Assembly: GCA_946965045.2 (NCBI GenBank)
Contig: OX337228.1
Location: 6,448,001-6,512,000, forward strand
Origin: Epithemia pelagica
Taxonomy: Eukaryota; Protista; Bacillariophyta
Direction: 5' to 3'
DNA: 64,000 nucleotides
Shown here: in pieces, positions 32,357-44,573 of the stretch
How the letters are laid out: every line of letters starts with the position of its first letter
Numbering within the stretch: position 1 is the stretch's first letter
Program-made: the position numbers and the translations under genes
Notes under the pieces: generated by a model
The model's database searches: none
What the model saw: only the letters and a program-made list of their open reading frames with translations
What the model was told of the DNA's origin: nothing

Positions 32357-33325
32357 CTAGAACACATGGCGACTCTTCATGTGATTGAGAGCCCAAATCG
32401 CTTGGGCCACTCCAGCAACAATGACCACAATGATTCGAAACATGGGCCAATATCGAACAGCTCGATGTAAATTGACTTGCTTTTTATGAAAATCCTGTTC
32501 CATGTCTCGCGACAGTTCCGAGTGAGAAGCCAACTCTTTGAGTTTTTCTTCCATGCGACCCAATTCCAGAGATATGCGGCTCGATTCGACATTCAAGATA
32601 GCGTTCCCTTGTTCTTTATCCGGAATCTTCTCTTCATTTTGCTTCACTTCATCGTAAATTGGCGTGTTCTTGAGTTGTTCCTGCACCGTGGCGGCTCGCT
32701 GCGTAATGTTGAGGGCAATCCGACGTGGCGCAGCAGGTGTCGCCTTGAAGGATTGCCGACAGATTTCCAATTGTCCTCCTCCGTTTCCAGTGTAAAAGTG
32801 AACCGCGCCCTTGGGTTCCTCAATCTGCGTACGAATCCTAGAAGATCCTGTGCGTTTCCGATTTTTCGTCTTGTCCATCATGGACGAAGTCTTGGGATCA
32901 TTCCTCTGAAAAACCAGGAGCGACATATCCTGGCCCATTTGAAGCAGAGAGAAAAGACAAACATGTAAGATTCCATTTTCAAGGACACATTAGTGCATGC
33001 ATAGATATTGCCAATGACGAACCTGCTGTTTGCTGTCATTGTTCAATATGACATCTAGAAAAAAGTAAGATTAGAACGTCCAAAGTCAGTGTGAGACCCA
33101 TTCACCAAGTCTGGACACCAAATCCATTCTGTTTCGTAACGCCTTACCTGGTGCGTGATATTCAATCGTCACCACAAGTTCATTGGACACGTCCAAAAAG
33201 ACGCATTTTTGCGATGAAGATGAAAGGATGGTGTAAGGAAAGCCGACAACCACTGGCGTCAGTACGACAACAACCAGGAACCAAAGGCGCAAGGCACGTG
33301 TATGTCTGGTGTGCTGCTCTTTCAT
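32357..33325 (-). CDS. p24/emp24/TMED GOLD-domain protein; exons 33325-33148, 33054-33023, 32929-32357
   Basis: Signal peptide, C(VF)…IEYHAP, GQLEIC, coiled coil, C-terminal TM and short tail; both introns splice in frame. Confidence 0.8.
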
Positions 33326-33601
33326 TTCAAAAGATATATGTATATTATGGCGCTGCAGCGGCAACGGCAAGCACTCTCCCTTTGAGCTTTCTGGTGATTG
33401 TTTTGTTGTTGCAAAAAGCGGTCGGCTGGGGTCGCACATAATGTCACTCTCCAGAGGGTTGTTTTCTGAGATTTCTATAATGGATCGAAGCTTGAAATCC
33501 ACCCTGCTGGGGGTTGTGATATTGTTGTATGACGTCACCTGCGTCAACCAAAAACAAAAATTGCCCTCATAGACTGTTTCCTCTCGTTTGCTCGGTTGAC
33601 C

Positions 33602-34748
33602 ATGACGAAGATGCAGAGGGTCCACAAACGTTTTGTGTCATTCTCATGGCTACTATATATGTGCTCCTCTCTGGAATCTGTCATAGCATTCTCGACTCCT
33701 TCTGGTCGTCCAAAAGTTGGAGCAGCAACGACTGCGGAAGAGCCGTCGAACAAGGCGACTCAAATTCTGCAGGGGATTGGCCCTGTCCAAGTGGATTTGA
33801 ACCAATACAATCTCGACTCGTTGGAAGATATTGCCATGGAGTGGACGGCCAACTTGAAGCAGAAAATATCGGAAAAAGAAGTGAAGGCAGTCCTTGGAGT
33901 TCGAAATGCCACTGAACTGTTTGTTGACACGGTTGAAATCCTGCTCCCTCGTCAACCTGGACAAGGATTGGGATTGGAACTGGCCGAAATCGCCGGAGGC
34001 CGAGACGACGGACTCGGCATTTCCCTCATTACGGGTGTCGTGGAAGGAGGACCAACAGATGGCTTGGATATATTACCTGGCGATTCCATTTCCAAAATTA
34101 CCTTGCTTCGGCGCCAAACGACCACTGGGGATGCCCTGTCCGAAGTCCAAGAAGCCATCCCGGTACGAACCGAATGTCTGGGCTTTGATGCAACGGTTAA
34201 TGCCATTCAAAGTCTACCGGATTGCTCCGAGAGTATGGATGAGACTCTGCAACTCTCTCTTCGACGCATACGAAGGAAACCGAGAGTGACGGTCAAGTTG
34301 CAGTACCCACCCTCCCAAAAAGAACAGGATGCTACGCTGGAACTCTTTGCAGGAGAAAATCTACGAATGGGAATGCTCATTCGAGGTGTCAAGCTCAATG
34401 ATCCATTGGCGAAAAGGTTTGATACAAAGAATGGAGGTAGGTAGCGCATGTTTCTCGCGTGTGTGCATACAACGACGATGGTGACTTCGTTCCCTCAACA
34501 AGACTGTTTTTTCCTGTTGTGAACGACGCCTTTTGCCAAACACAGGCAATTGTGGTGCTGGAGGACTGTGTCGAACCTGTGCCGTGTCGGTTTTGACAGG
34601 AGGAGACATGCTGAATCCACAACGATTGGCCGAAAAGCAAATGTTGGAGAACAATCCACGATGGCGACTCGCCTGCAAGGCCATTGTCGGATACGGAATG
34701 AAAGAAGGAGAAATGACAATTCGCGTCAATCCCAGACAATTTGATTGA
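33602..34748 (+). CDS. PDZ plus 2Fe-2S ferredoxin-domain protein, probably plastid-targeted; exons 33602-34436, 34546-34748
   Basis: GLGLEL…VVEGGP…ILPGDSI (PDZ); NCGAGGLCRTC…WRLAC (2Fe-2S); presequence VIA-FST. Confidence 0.85.
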
Positions 34749-35104
34749 GTCTCTACTTTCTTGACTCCAGATTGTAGAGGACCCATATGCGCATGTGTTT
34801 GTACACAAGTTTATGAACATACCTAGTATACTTGCTTGCTGTCCATTATGTGAGTATTCATGTCAATCCGAGACAGTTTGATTGATTCTCAAGTCTTTAC
34901 TTTATGCTACGGATTTCAAATCCATGCAGTCCTCGCAACAGAATCGTGAAGATGATCATTAGCGACATCATATTTCTTTAAGGACTAGAGTACATTTTGT
35001 TGAAGCAAACGAGTTGTTTGGTACTCCTAGGTTGCATACAACGACGTGTCGACTGTTTGAACAATGGTTTCTTCTAGGAGTATTAGTTTACATACATATT
35101 TTGT

Positions 35105-35788
35105 TTACATACATATTCGGTAGGTGACATAACGACCAGCTGTCTCGGATGGCCGGATAATCTTGACTACTTGCCCCCGTGACATCCCGTAGTACCTGGC
35201 GACTGGATCATTGGGCTGAATTCGAGGGAGCTGTTGATCCTTCAAGCGATATCGCTTGAGCAAGGCGCTCTTTTCGTTGGGAGTCAACACTTGATGCTCT
35301 GGAACCAGTTGATGTCTTGTGATGTCGACCAAGAGTTCTGCTTCTTTAAAGTGTTCAATTCGAAACGAATCACTCATTTCCTGAAGAGCCAACTTGGCAA
35401 ATGGGGTAATGTTGACCCGCAGAACCATGATTGCATTCGATACATTGTCCGCCCTCATGCGATCGGTATATACCTTGATCGGTTTGACCCCAACCTTTTC
35501 ATCTTCTGGAAAGAAGACAAAAAGTTGATTGGATTCATCGTCCGCCTTGACAACCAAAATTGTCAAGTTTTCTCGACTAGGATGTTCCCCAAACTTTTCC
35601 TTGAACGATGTGGGCGTAATCTCTCGAAGATCCTTGGGGACCATGTATCCTCTCTTTTCTAGCATGTTAGCCATGGTCCGATAGACGCGAAACAAACGGG
35701 CCGCATCAGGAGACAGTCCTCCCCGTATAGCTGGGGCCGAAAGGGCTTCGGAAGCAGGTGTCTCGTTTGGTTCGTCGTCAGCCATCAT
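35105..35788 (-). CDS. RPB5: RNA polymerases I/II/III shared subunit RPB5
   Basis: LFRVYRTMANMLEKRGY…IEHFKEAELLVDITRHQLVPEHQVL…LPRIQPNDPVARYYG…KIIRPSETAGRYVTYR. Confidence 0.97.
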   Translation of the reverse strand: MMADDEPNETPASEALSAPAIRGGLSPDAARLFRVYRTMANMLEKRGYMVPKDLREITPTSFKEKFGEHPSRENLTILVVKADDESNQLFVFFPEDEKVGVKPIKVYTDRMRADNVSNAIMVLRVNITPFAKLALQEMSDSFRIEHFKEAELLVDITRHQLVPEHQVLTPNEKSALLKRYRLKDQQLPRIQPNDPVARYYGMSRGQVVKIIRPSETAGRYVTYRICM

Positions 35789-36187
35789 GGTCCACTCTTC
35801 TCGTCTGGTCTTCCAGATACAGGGATGGTTGCTGCGCGTCCCTGGTTCTTTTGGCTCATCCCTCCAACTCCAGCCGCCGGAGCGACGACAAGACGGCGTC
35901 CATGGGGAGCCTATGAGTCACGCGTGACTGAATGCGCGATGGGCACAGATCTTGCATCGAGACCAAACATGATTCACCCGCGCTGGGGATTATTCTACGT
36001 AGGGGATGAGTCTTTTATGATCGTGAATGAGAGCTGGACGCATTCTATTCTGTATTAGCTCTAGCTAGAGGAGCACTACGTTTGTTGATAATATAGATAG
36101 ACTTGTCTTCTTCGGGACTCAAAATCCATAATTCCGAGTGTGCCAGGGCAGTCTCGGTCGGCGTCCGGCTCCGTGCTTGCGACACAG

Positions 36188-37468
36188 ATGGAAGAATTGA
36201 GATCTTCTGGGGAACACAAAGCGATAGGTGTTACTCCTGAACGAAACGATCAACAAAATTGGCATTCTACTTGTACCATGACAACGATGCCAGAACGAGC
36301 CCGCCACCTGTCGGAACGTGTCGTTGACTCCGACACAAACAGCAGCAGCCTAACGCGTCCGTCTTGGAATCGTGACAAATGGCCTCCACTGTTGGGCGGT
36401 GGATCTCGATGCAGTTTTGCATCGGTGGTTGTGAACGCTGATTGCAGTCGTTCTGGTAGAAATGATTTTTTGGCGGTAATTGGAGGAAATGATTCCAACT
36501 TTTCGTACGCACGAACGAACTCAGTCATACTCCTGAATCTTGGAGACCCAAACAAGAAGTGGTTCGAAGGGCCTCCCTTAAACGAAAGACGAGCCTTTCA
36601 CGCTGCCGTGGTGGGCAACGGCAGCGTTTATGTCGTGGGAGGATCCGGAAAAGACACTATTGAACGCATCCGGGTCGGTGATTTACTCGGAACCAAGAAG
36701 GATGACGACAACGGATGGAAGCTTTTGGAAAAATGTCGCTTGTCCACAAGACGAAATGAGGATTGTGCAGCAGCCATGGTTCAAAACCGTTTTATTGTCA
36801 TTGTGGCTGGAAGTCGAAGACACGCCTTGTCCTCGGTCGACGTGATTGACCTGGCATCCGAGCACTGTCACAGAGTTTGTTCGGGACCATCTCTGAATGT
36901 TCCTCGTTCTCACTGTGCCGTGGCAACTATTGGTTCACGTGTCTACGTTGTGGGTGGACATGATGGAACAGAGGCACTTGATTCTGTCGAGTTTTTGGAG
37001 CTAGACGAGAGACGTGTCGAGCGGATTACACGAGCTGCAAAGACAAAAGCCTATATAGCTGGATTGTCTTGGACTCTGCACAAGGACTTGATCCTCAAGT
37101 CTCCTCGTTTCGGCCACGTCTTGGTGCAATGTGGAAGTTGCCTGGTTGTTGCCGGCGGTATAAGTGACGCTAAAAGAGTCGAGGTTTTCGACACCCAATC
37201 GTACCAATCGTGGAATCTGGAACCTTACCCCGAAACATATCTAAATGTCGGCGGAATGGTAGCCTACTCCCATGGGATTGCGATCCTCAGTGGACCGTTT
37301 CGGGAAGAATGTCTAACACTGGATTGGATGGAACCCAAGTCCAGACTTTTTTCCCAATCGAAGCGAAGCCTTCCATCCATTGTTGCTTCATGCTTCGAAC
37401 AACAACGCCCACCTGTGGAAGCAGCTGCTTCATGCACCAAACGTAAACGAAAAGGTGTGGAACCTTAG
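36188..37468 (+). CDS. Kelch-repeat protein
   Basis: Repeated GG motifs: VIGG…EGPPLNERRAFHAAVV…YVVGG; GPSLNVPRSHCAVATIGSRVYVVGG; PRFGHVLV…VVAGG. Confidence 0.88.
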   Translation: MEELRSSGEHKAIGVTPERNDQQNWHSTCTMTTMPERARHLSERVVDSDTNSSSLTRPSWNRDKWPPLLGGGSRCSFASVVVNADCSRSGRNDFLAVIGGNDSNFSYARTNSVILLNLGDPNKKWFEGPPLNERRAFHAAVVGNGSVYVVGGSGKDTIERIRVGDLLGTKKDDDNGWKLLEKCRLSTRRNEDCAAAMVQNRFIVIVAGSRRHALSSVDVIDLASEHCHRVCSGPSLNVPRSHCAVATIGSRVYVVGGHDGTEALDSVEFLELDERRVERITRAAKTKAYIAGLSWTLHKDLILKSPRFGHVLVQCGSCLVVAGGISDAKRVEVFDTQSYQSWNLEPYPETYLNVGGMVAYSHGIAILSGPFREECLTLDWMEPKSRLFSQSKRSLPSIVASCFEQQRPPVEAAASCTKRKRKGVEP

Positions 37469-37980
37469 GACGGTGAGGTATGACAAACAAAGATGCATGT
37501 CTGGTGGTTAACGAGATGGTGTGGGTCCCACCAAGACAATCGTAGGTCGTCATAGATATATAAAGTAGACCCCGAGTATAGAGAAAATTTTCAACTGTAT
37601 GGTTTCGTTCCCACATGCACACACACACGTGCATGTACTACATGTCGGTTGGCCAATGATGGTGTCGGTCTGATTCAGACTATGGTAGTTCGACATTTAC
37701 ACTATTTTAAAGTACGATCCCACATGTCATGCGTGGTACCACCGGCCCTGCGCATGACGAGGGTTACCATTCCAACAATATGGTGAGCAAGGAGAAGCGC
37801 ATTCATCGGAATGGGCGACAAGCAAGGGGCGAATAGCGGCCGTGGTCGACCAGGCAAAGAACAAACTTGTGGAACCCAAACCGTTTCTACGACCTTGAAC
37901 AAGACATGCATGACAATACTCTACTGATGGGGGGAATATATAGAAGCTACTTTTGCTGAGCAGCTATGATCGACAAACTA

Positions 37981-39740
37981 CTAGTGGTAAAGATCGGAAA
38001 CGTCGCTCTTCATGGAACCTGCACCCACAGAGTGTACAAATTGTTCCGGAATTGGAATTTCCTTTTGGTCATCGCCGTCCGGATAGCTTACATTCATTTC
38101 CGAACTGAGACTGGTCGTAAAGGTTGAAACCTTGGCCGACTCTTCACTCAAATACACGGTCAAACCAATCGTCTTGTCAATCGTAAAGACTGGACACACA
38201 CCTGTGGCTTGGAGTTGAAGCCGCTTGCAGTTGACCATCTCGGCGGACGAAATCAAGGTTTCGTAGACCACCGCCGTCTTGGTACAACTGTCAATGACGA
38301 GACTCTTAAACTTACCCACCACCTTGACCGTAATGCCATCGCAGTTGTATAGGTAGACTTGTTGCTTTGGATCGGAAATCTCAATGGTAATGACACCGTC
38401 GGCCGATACTTCCTTCTTGGCGGTTTCACTCGTGTGGTTCTCCACAATCCACTTGAATCCACGATCTTGGTATTCAAAAATAGGAATACCACGGAGTGGG
38501 GCCTTCTTTTTGGGCGCCACCTTTTTGGTCTCTGCGGCAGGCTTGAGAGCCGCCGATCCCTTTTCATCGGGCTTTTTGTATTCCTTGCGCCATGTCTGTT
38601 GATCTTTGGTAACCTGTCGTCATGGAACAAATAAAAAGAATCGTGAACCGCAAGATTGTGAGAACATGTACGCTTTGTAGGACACCAAAGACTGTGTCAT
38701 AGTGCAGTATTCCTGACGAGACGACGGACCTACATACCTTTCGAAGACCCGTGGCGGCCGAGGAACCATCGGCATTTTTGCGCTGTCCCAATTCGGCAAT
38801 CAGACCACCCACGTTGCCGACCGCTGGTCCTCCCTTGAGTGTTGGATGTCGCTTTCGTGCCGACGTATCCATAATGGGATCCTTGGGTGTACTAGAGGCC
38901 TCATCCGTCAATCGAATGGCCGCTTCGGCTATGGAAACGCCCTTGGGGTTCCAGACCAAACCAGCCTTGTGATTGTCCTCAATATACGTGACCAACCCGG
39001 TCAAGACAGTTTTCAAATTGTCGCAAAAGGCAATTTGCGAATCGTCCTTTCCTTTAAAGTCTTTTCGAATACGGTTCGTCCAAAACTCGGCCGAACCCAA
39101 GGCTTCCTTCACAAAGGGTCCCGGCAATTGCTGAGGCGGTTTCATCAATATCCAAGACAGACAGGCCAGCATTTCGCTAATGGCCTTCATGTGCCGATCA
39201 AAGTCCCGATCGACCCGCAGACTACTAATCTTTTTGACCGTTTCTTGTATGGGGGCCAAATAGGGGGCCAATTCTTGGGCGACATTGGCGGGTGCCTTGG
39301 ATCGCGAGGCCAATACCACAATGGCCCGCATATCATCAAAAGCCTTTTTAATGAGAGAGCCCGTGTCTTGGAGACCCTTGAGGTCGTCGCAACTATTCAC
39401 AAAGGGAACCAAACTAGCCTTGACGTAGGCATCGTAGGCCTTGACAGCGGGGGCTTCTCCTCCGCCGGTGCCGACTGTCGCACAATCGAATGAACATCCA
39501 AGCAACAACACCAGTCAGTCTGAACAATAACAACAACGTGGTCAGTCCAGGAACAAACGAACGAACGCACGAACCTGTCAACGAAGCCGTCGAAGGAGAC
39601 GGTTTGGCACTGGGAGACGAGCTTGAAGAAGCACTAATGCCGACTTTGGATTCGAGCGCTTCGAGACGACTCAAAATATCACCAAACATATCCTTGAGAG
39701 GATCAAAGAGTGCTTGCGCTTTTGGGGAAGCCATGGTCAT
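37981..39740 (-). CDS. CAP: Adenylyl cyclase-associated protein (CAP/Srv2); exons 39740-39575, 39474-38738, 38613-37981
   Basis: LSRLEALE (RLE motif), helical domain, TGLRK|VTKDQQTWRK, C-terminal CARP beta-helix (…EMNV…EIPIPEQF); both introns splice in frame. Confidence 0.93.
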
Positions 39741-40319
39741 TCACTCTGTTGGACAAGGGCGACGGAATGACTGTTTGGGATTTCGGTTCTATCTTGCTTG
39801 TGCTTGACGTGTAACGACACAAATGGATTTCTCTCTTCACACACATCATAGAATCTCCCTCTGCCCCCACAAAGAAGCAAGATCTGGACGGATTCCCGAG
39901 CACGACTGCGAGTCAATGACCAGTAACAATGACTCCGTCTCGATTCTCGATGGATAGCGGATAGAAAAAACTTATGCCCTCACAAAATGAGACATTGGGT
40001 CATTTTCGGTTCTCATTATCCGCCGAGAAAGGATTTTCTGGTGAAGAATAAAACCACCACAAGCCTCTCTAGCTAGAAAAAGTGGAAAAGCTTACCTGAC
40101 AACGAAAAGGATACTCCACCTCTTAATACTATGGATTCCGTGGGAACCACCAGAAAGTATGAGTCCTAATACGTTTCTCTATTGTTTCCTTGGACCAAGG
40201 GAAAAGGTGCCAGCAAGTTGACTATGGATACGGTTCTCCACTTTTTGGCATCCACGTCGTCATGCACCTCCCTCGTTCGGGTGGACTTGCGCTCCATCTG
40301 TCACCACTTTGAATCATCA

Positions 40320-43300
40320 TCATCCTGTCGTTCGGGAACCAGCGCCTCGTCGTTTCTTGGGACTGGTCGATCCATGTCCAACCGATCCCCGTACAAGGGC
40401 CACGCCTTCGTCTTGCGTACTGCTGCCACCATGCTCCAATGGATCGTCGTCCTGTTGTTGTTGTTGCTGCTGCAAGTTGGCAAACGACGACGACGACGAA
40501 CGAGTCCGTGTGGGTCGAGACAATCGTCGCCGCACACATTGGTAGTAATAGTCCATCCATTCACAGTCCATACCATTTTCATAAATGTTTTGAATCACTC
40601 CAAAGACACTCCACAATACCAAGGACGAAGTAATGAGAACCGTAATGAAATGAACCACGCGAAAGATACCGAACCACCTGTATATGGCAACACAAAAGAA
40701 ACCATATGAGATGGACCCTGCCCTTGAAACAAGAAGACGCCGAGAGCATTTCTTTGCGTGTGGACAACGTACCAAGGTTTCCGTGGACCAAGAAAGTTCA
40801 CGTTATTATCCACGCCATTTCGAAAAGACCAGGCCGACACCACCTTGCTTTCATTGAGAAATCGAATGGAAGAAAACATTTCCTTGCTGTCCTTGTCACT
40901 CTGATCCTGCAGCAGCTGGAGAAATCTCTGTAGAAATTTCTCTTGGGACAAGACGGTTGTTTTAATCGCCAGAGCTCGTCGAGCCAAAACAAACAAATCC
41001 TCCTCGTAGCATTTCACTTCTCGTAACTCACCAACGATATGCTTGGACAGATTCCCCAGCATCTTTAAGGGTTCTTCAAAATCGCTGTCATCTTCCAGTG
41101 TACTGGTATTGGTAAGAGTTCGGTTGTTGGACACGGAAATGTCCACAATGAGTTTGACTCCATCCGGTCTTGACCTTGTCGTCGTTGCCGTCGTCGTAGA
41201 TTCCTGGGCGTGCTCATCACCAGTGGTTGGAGTCGAGGTGAGTGCATCGGGACTGTCTTCATCCAAAAACCAGGATCGTGCCATTCGAACCGTGACATCT
41301 CCCGGCAACACATTCAAGGTTGGGTCCATGTCTTGTAGCGCACGAGAAAGAGACTCGGCCACGGCCATGTCCGTGTAAATGGACCACTTGGCTCCATGGA
41401 CACTGTTTAATCCAACAATCACCCGTACGGCGTAGGGTGCCCGACAGGGATCTTCTCGAGCGCAGGCGTCAATGTGACAGGGACGTACCGTCCGTGAGAT
41501 TTGGTGGCATTTGCCATCGGAATAGGCCGCCGAGACAATGCGGGTTTGTACACACTCACGATCACAGGCACTCCACAGAGAATCACCACATTTGAGTCGA
41601 GCGTCTTGGTCTGGCATTGGGATCACCTTTTTGGCCTGTTCCACTTGTGCACAAGTTAATTGACATGGTCGTTCCTCTTCACAGATTCCTTGCGAGTTAC
41701 AGCTCACGTTGGGATCTCGATACAAATCCGTCACCTTCATTTGCTTGGCGGCATTGACACATGTGACGCCCAACCGTGTGCCGGGATTCTTGACCACGGC
41801 CACCCACTTTTCCGTGCCCAGCAGGGCAATGTTGGATTGATTGAATCGACAGAGAGGTTGATCCACACTTTCCAAACAAGTTCTGGACAAGACCGGATCC
41901 TGGACTTGGCAATCTGAAGCATAGCCCGAGTCCTCAGCAAATTCTTTGGGTACATTGCTCTTGTCGTAGGAACACGAACTTTCGGCAAAGCCAACACGAC
42001 TGTGTTCCCTGCGTAACAACAACAACAACAACAGCAACCACAACCGAGAGGATGTAGCCTTTCAGCAACTACAAGTACTGCAAAGAATGCTCTCCATTAT
42101 CAAGTACACCACTTACCAATCAAACACGACATTGTGTCCCTGCATAGTGTTGGAACCAAGAACGCCACCGGCCGTTTCGGTAAAGTACAAGCGCGAGGTG
42201 TAGAGTTTGGTGGTGGGCGAATAGTCCATGTAGCTGGTGGCTGGGATGGCAATGAGCAAATCTCCGGGTGAGGAGGGATCCAGTGTACCCGTGTAACCCG
42301 GTATGCTGTCATAATTATCAATCGAGGGATCGGTTCCACCATTATTGTTGTGCGCATGACATTGGACCAATACTGTGGGCAGTCGTTGCAATTCCTCCAG
42401 TGTTAATTTGACGGACGAATGCGAATAGGCTTTTCCCGTGGCTTCTCTCCAGGCCTTGTTAAAGGCTGGAGCTGCCGATTGACTCAAATACGTGTCGGTC
42501 GTCCCCGAGTCGACAATGACACCCTTGCCACTATTGACTGTGCGAGGATTGATGCGAACTCGAATGACTTTTTTGTGGTTGTGGTTGTTGCGGGATGATG
42601 ACGACGTTGTGGAATCTTGAGCTGCCGACTGACCGCCACCGACGCGAATATAAATGTTCTTGACAAAGACGGTAAACCATCCGGCCCGTGCCATGTTCTT
42701 GGCATAGACTAGTGGTGATGTATCCAGTGAGGTAGACAGACCGCCAATCGTCATGCTTCCGGCCGACACGCCCCGTTTGCTCGTTCCCAATTCGCGTCGA
42801 TAACACATGGAAAACAAATTGTGTTCAATCAAACCCTTGTCCCACAATTGTTTGGGAAGTGTAGCTTGATGAGCCGACATGCCCATAATGCCATCGGCGA
42901 GTTGTGTCAAAAAGAGACCTGCAGTATTCGAGTGTGTGTATGTGTGGAGGAACGGAATGGAAGGTGGTTATCACAACGTAGATATAAAGACGTGAGAGAA
43001 TGCATGACTCTCCAACAAGAATAATGTATCGTGGTGGTCCCCAATACACGTCAAACACACCACATCTTTCATCCGCAAACAAACGTACCCGACATTTTGG
43101 TCATGCATCCAAACATGAAATCAATGGAATACTTTTGATGGATGGGATCGACGGAATCCAGGACATCGGATCCTCCACAATAAAACTGATCCTTCACTTG
43201 GATGGCATCCCAACTCGAGCCTTCGGTATAGGATTGCGAAAAATGACACCGACTGGTTTCGCACGTGACACCAATGCATTCGTCGCATTCCAAAAAGCGA

Positions 43301-44181
43301 AAGGTTTCCGAGCGGGCCGGATTAAAGTAGGGATCGGTATGATGCGACCGGCCACAATTGCGACACCCCTTGCAGGGAAAGGCCGTATAATGACTCCCCG
43401 TATCGACAATCACCGTCTTGCGTTGGGGTTTGGGGGCGCCCACCCAGACCGTGGCAATGTGCGTTCCATAGCCCTGACTCAGTGGAATGGCTTGATAATT
43501 GTCAAACTTGCCACTGTGCAAGGTGGTAAACGAAGCATGAGAATGAACATGAGCACCCCCACGAGTGGTCTGCAACCGTCGTGGGCCAGGACCGTGTCCA
43601 TAGGTGTCGCCGTTATCGTCATCGTCGTCCTCTTCTTCTTTTGTAGTGTTTTGGTTCAGTCGATAAAAAGACGAATGATTGTAAAATCCATTCCAATCCA
43701 ATTGGAGATCCAGTCCCTGTTCAAGACGATACCAGTGTTCATATCGACTCAAATGACGGAGTGATTCGGCCTGCTTCATTTCGTCCTCGAGCGGAAGCAA
43801 CAGATTGGACCGATTTTCATGGGCCAGTCGTCGACGACGAGTGTGCAGTAGCTGACGAACCGATTGCAATTCCATGCGAGCATGTGGATTATTATTATTG
43901 TTTGTGCTGGCTGTTGTTCTCGTGACCGACAGAGACTCGAGCCATAAGGGCATGTCGTTGGGTTCCGGATTGGTCGTCGTCGTCGTAGTAGTCGTCCACG
44001 TCGGAGCTGCTGTAGTAGGATCCATGACCGTCGTCGTATGGCCGCTTGGAGGCAGTGCTTTCCATCGCAAGGAAAAAGAAGAAAGGACGTTCTTGTGCTC
44101 GAAGTGAACGATCAACACCAAGACAAACAATCCTGCCACCATCAGCAGCGCTGCGAAACGATGCCCCTTAGAACATGCCAT
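40320..44181 (-). CDS. Membrane-anchored A1 aspartyl protease (plasmepsin V/ASP5-like) with a TSP1-like Cys-rich module; exons 44181-43089, 42918-42117, 42008-40773, 40677-40320
   Basis: Catalytic DTGS and DSGT; FPCKGCRNCG insert; WSACDREC…RPCHIDAC; C-terminal TM; three GT-AG introns splice in frame. Confidence 0.88.
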
Positions 44182-44573
44182 GGTCACTGACTGTGTGGGT
44201 CTATGGTTCGCAACAGAAAAATGAGACGGACGAGTGCGACCGAATTTTGTGGGGCTGTCAAAAATTCACAACCGCACACGTTGGCGCGCATGGCAGGACA
44301 CGGGTATGCGCGAGCTCGCGGTATCATTCCCCATTTCCAGCATCAAGTTCAAAAAACGCGCGACTAATCATGGGGCGACTCACCGGCCCACCCGCCCGAC
44401 GTGCGCGCAGACCACGATTGTCTTCTTGTGTCACAAATCACAAAACACTACAATTCTCTTGTCCTCCATTTGGAAACGTCGGGAGGGAAGGAAGGAAGGA
44501 AGGAAGGAAGGAAGGAAGCAATCGAACCATTAGTCTCTCCATAAGGACAAGAAGGAGTGTCCCGAAGCAGATC

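Noticed and set aside
44485-44518. (GGAA)n tract and the upstream extension of ORF 44175-46100
   Set aside because: Simple microsatellite; the extension is likely read-through 5' of the ATG at 44574.
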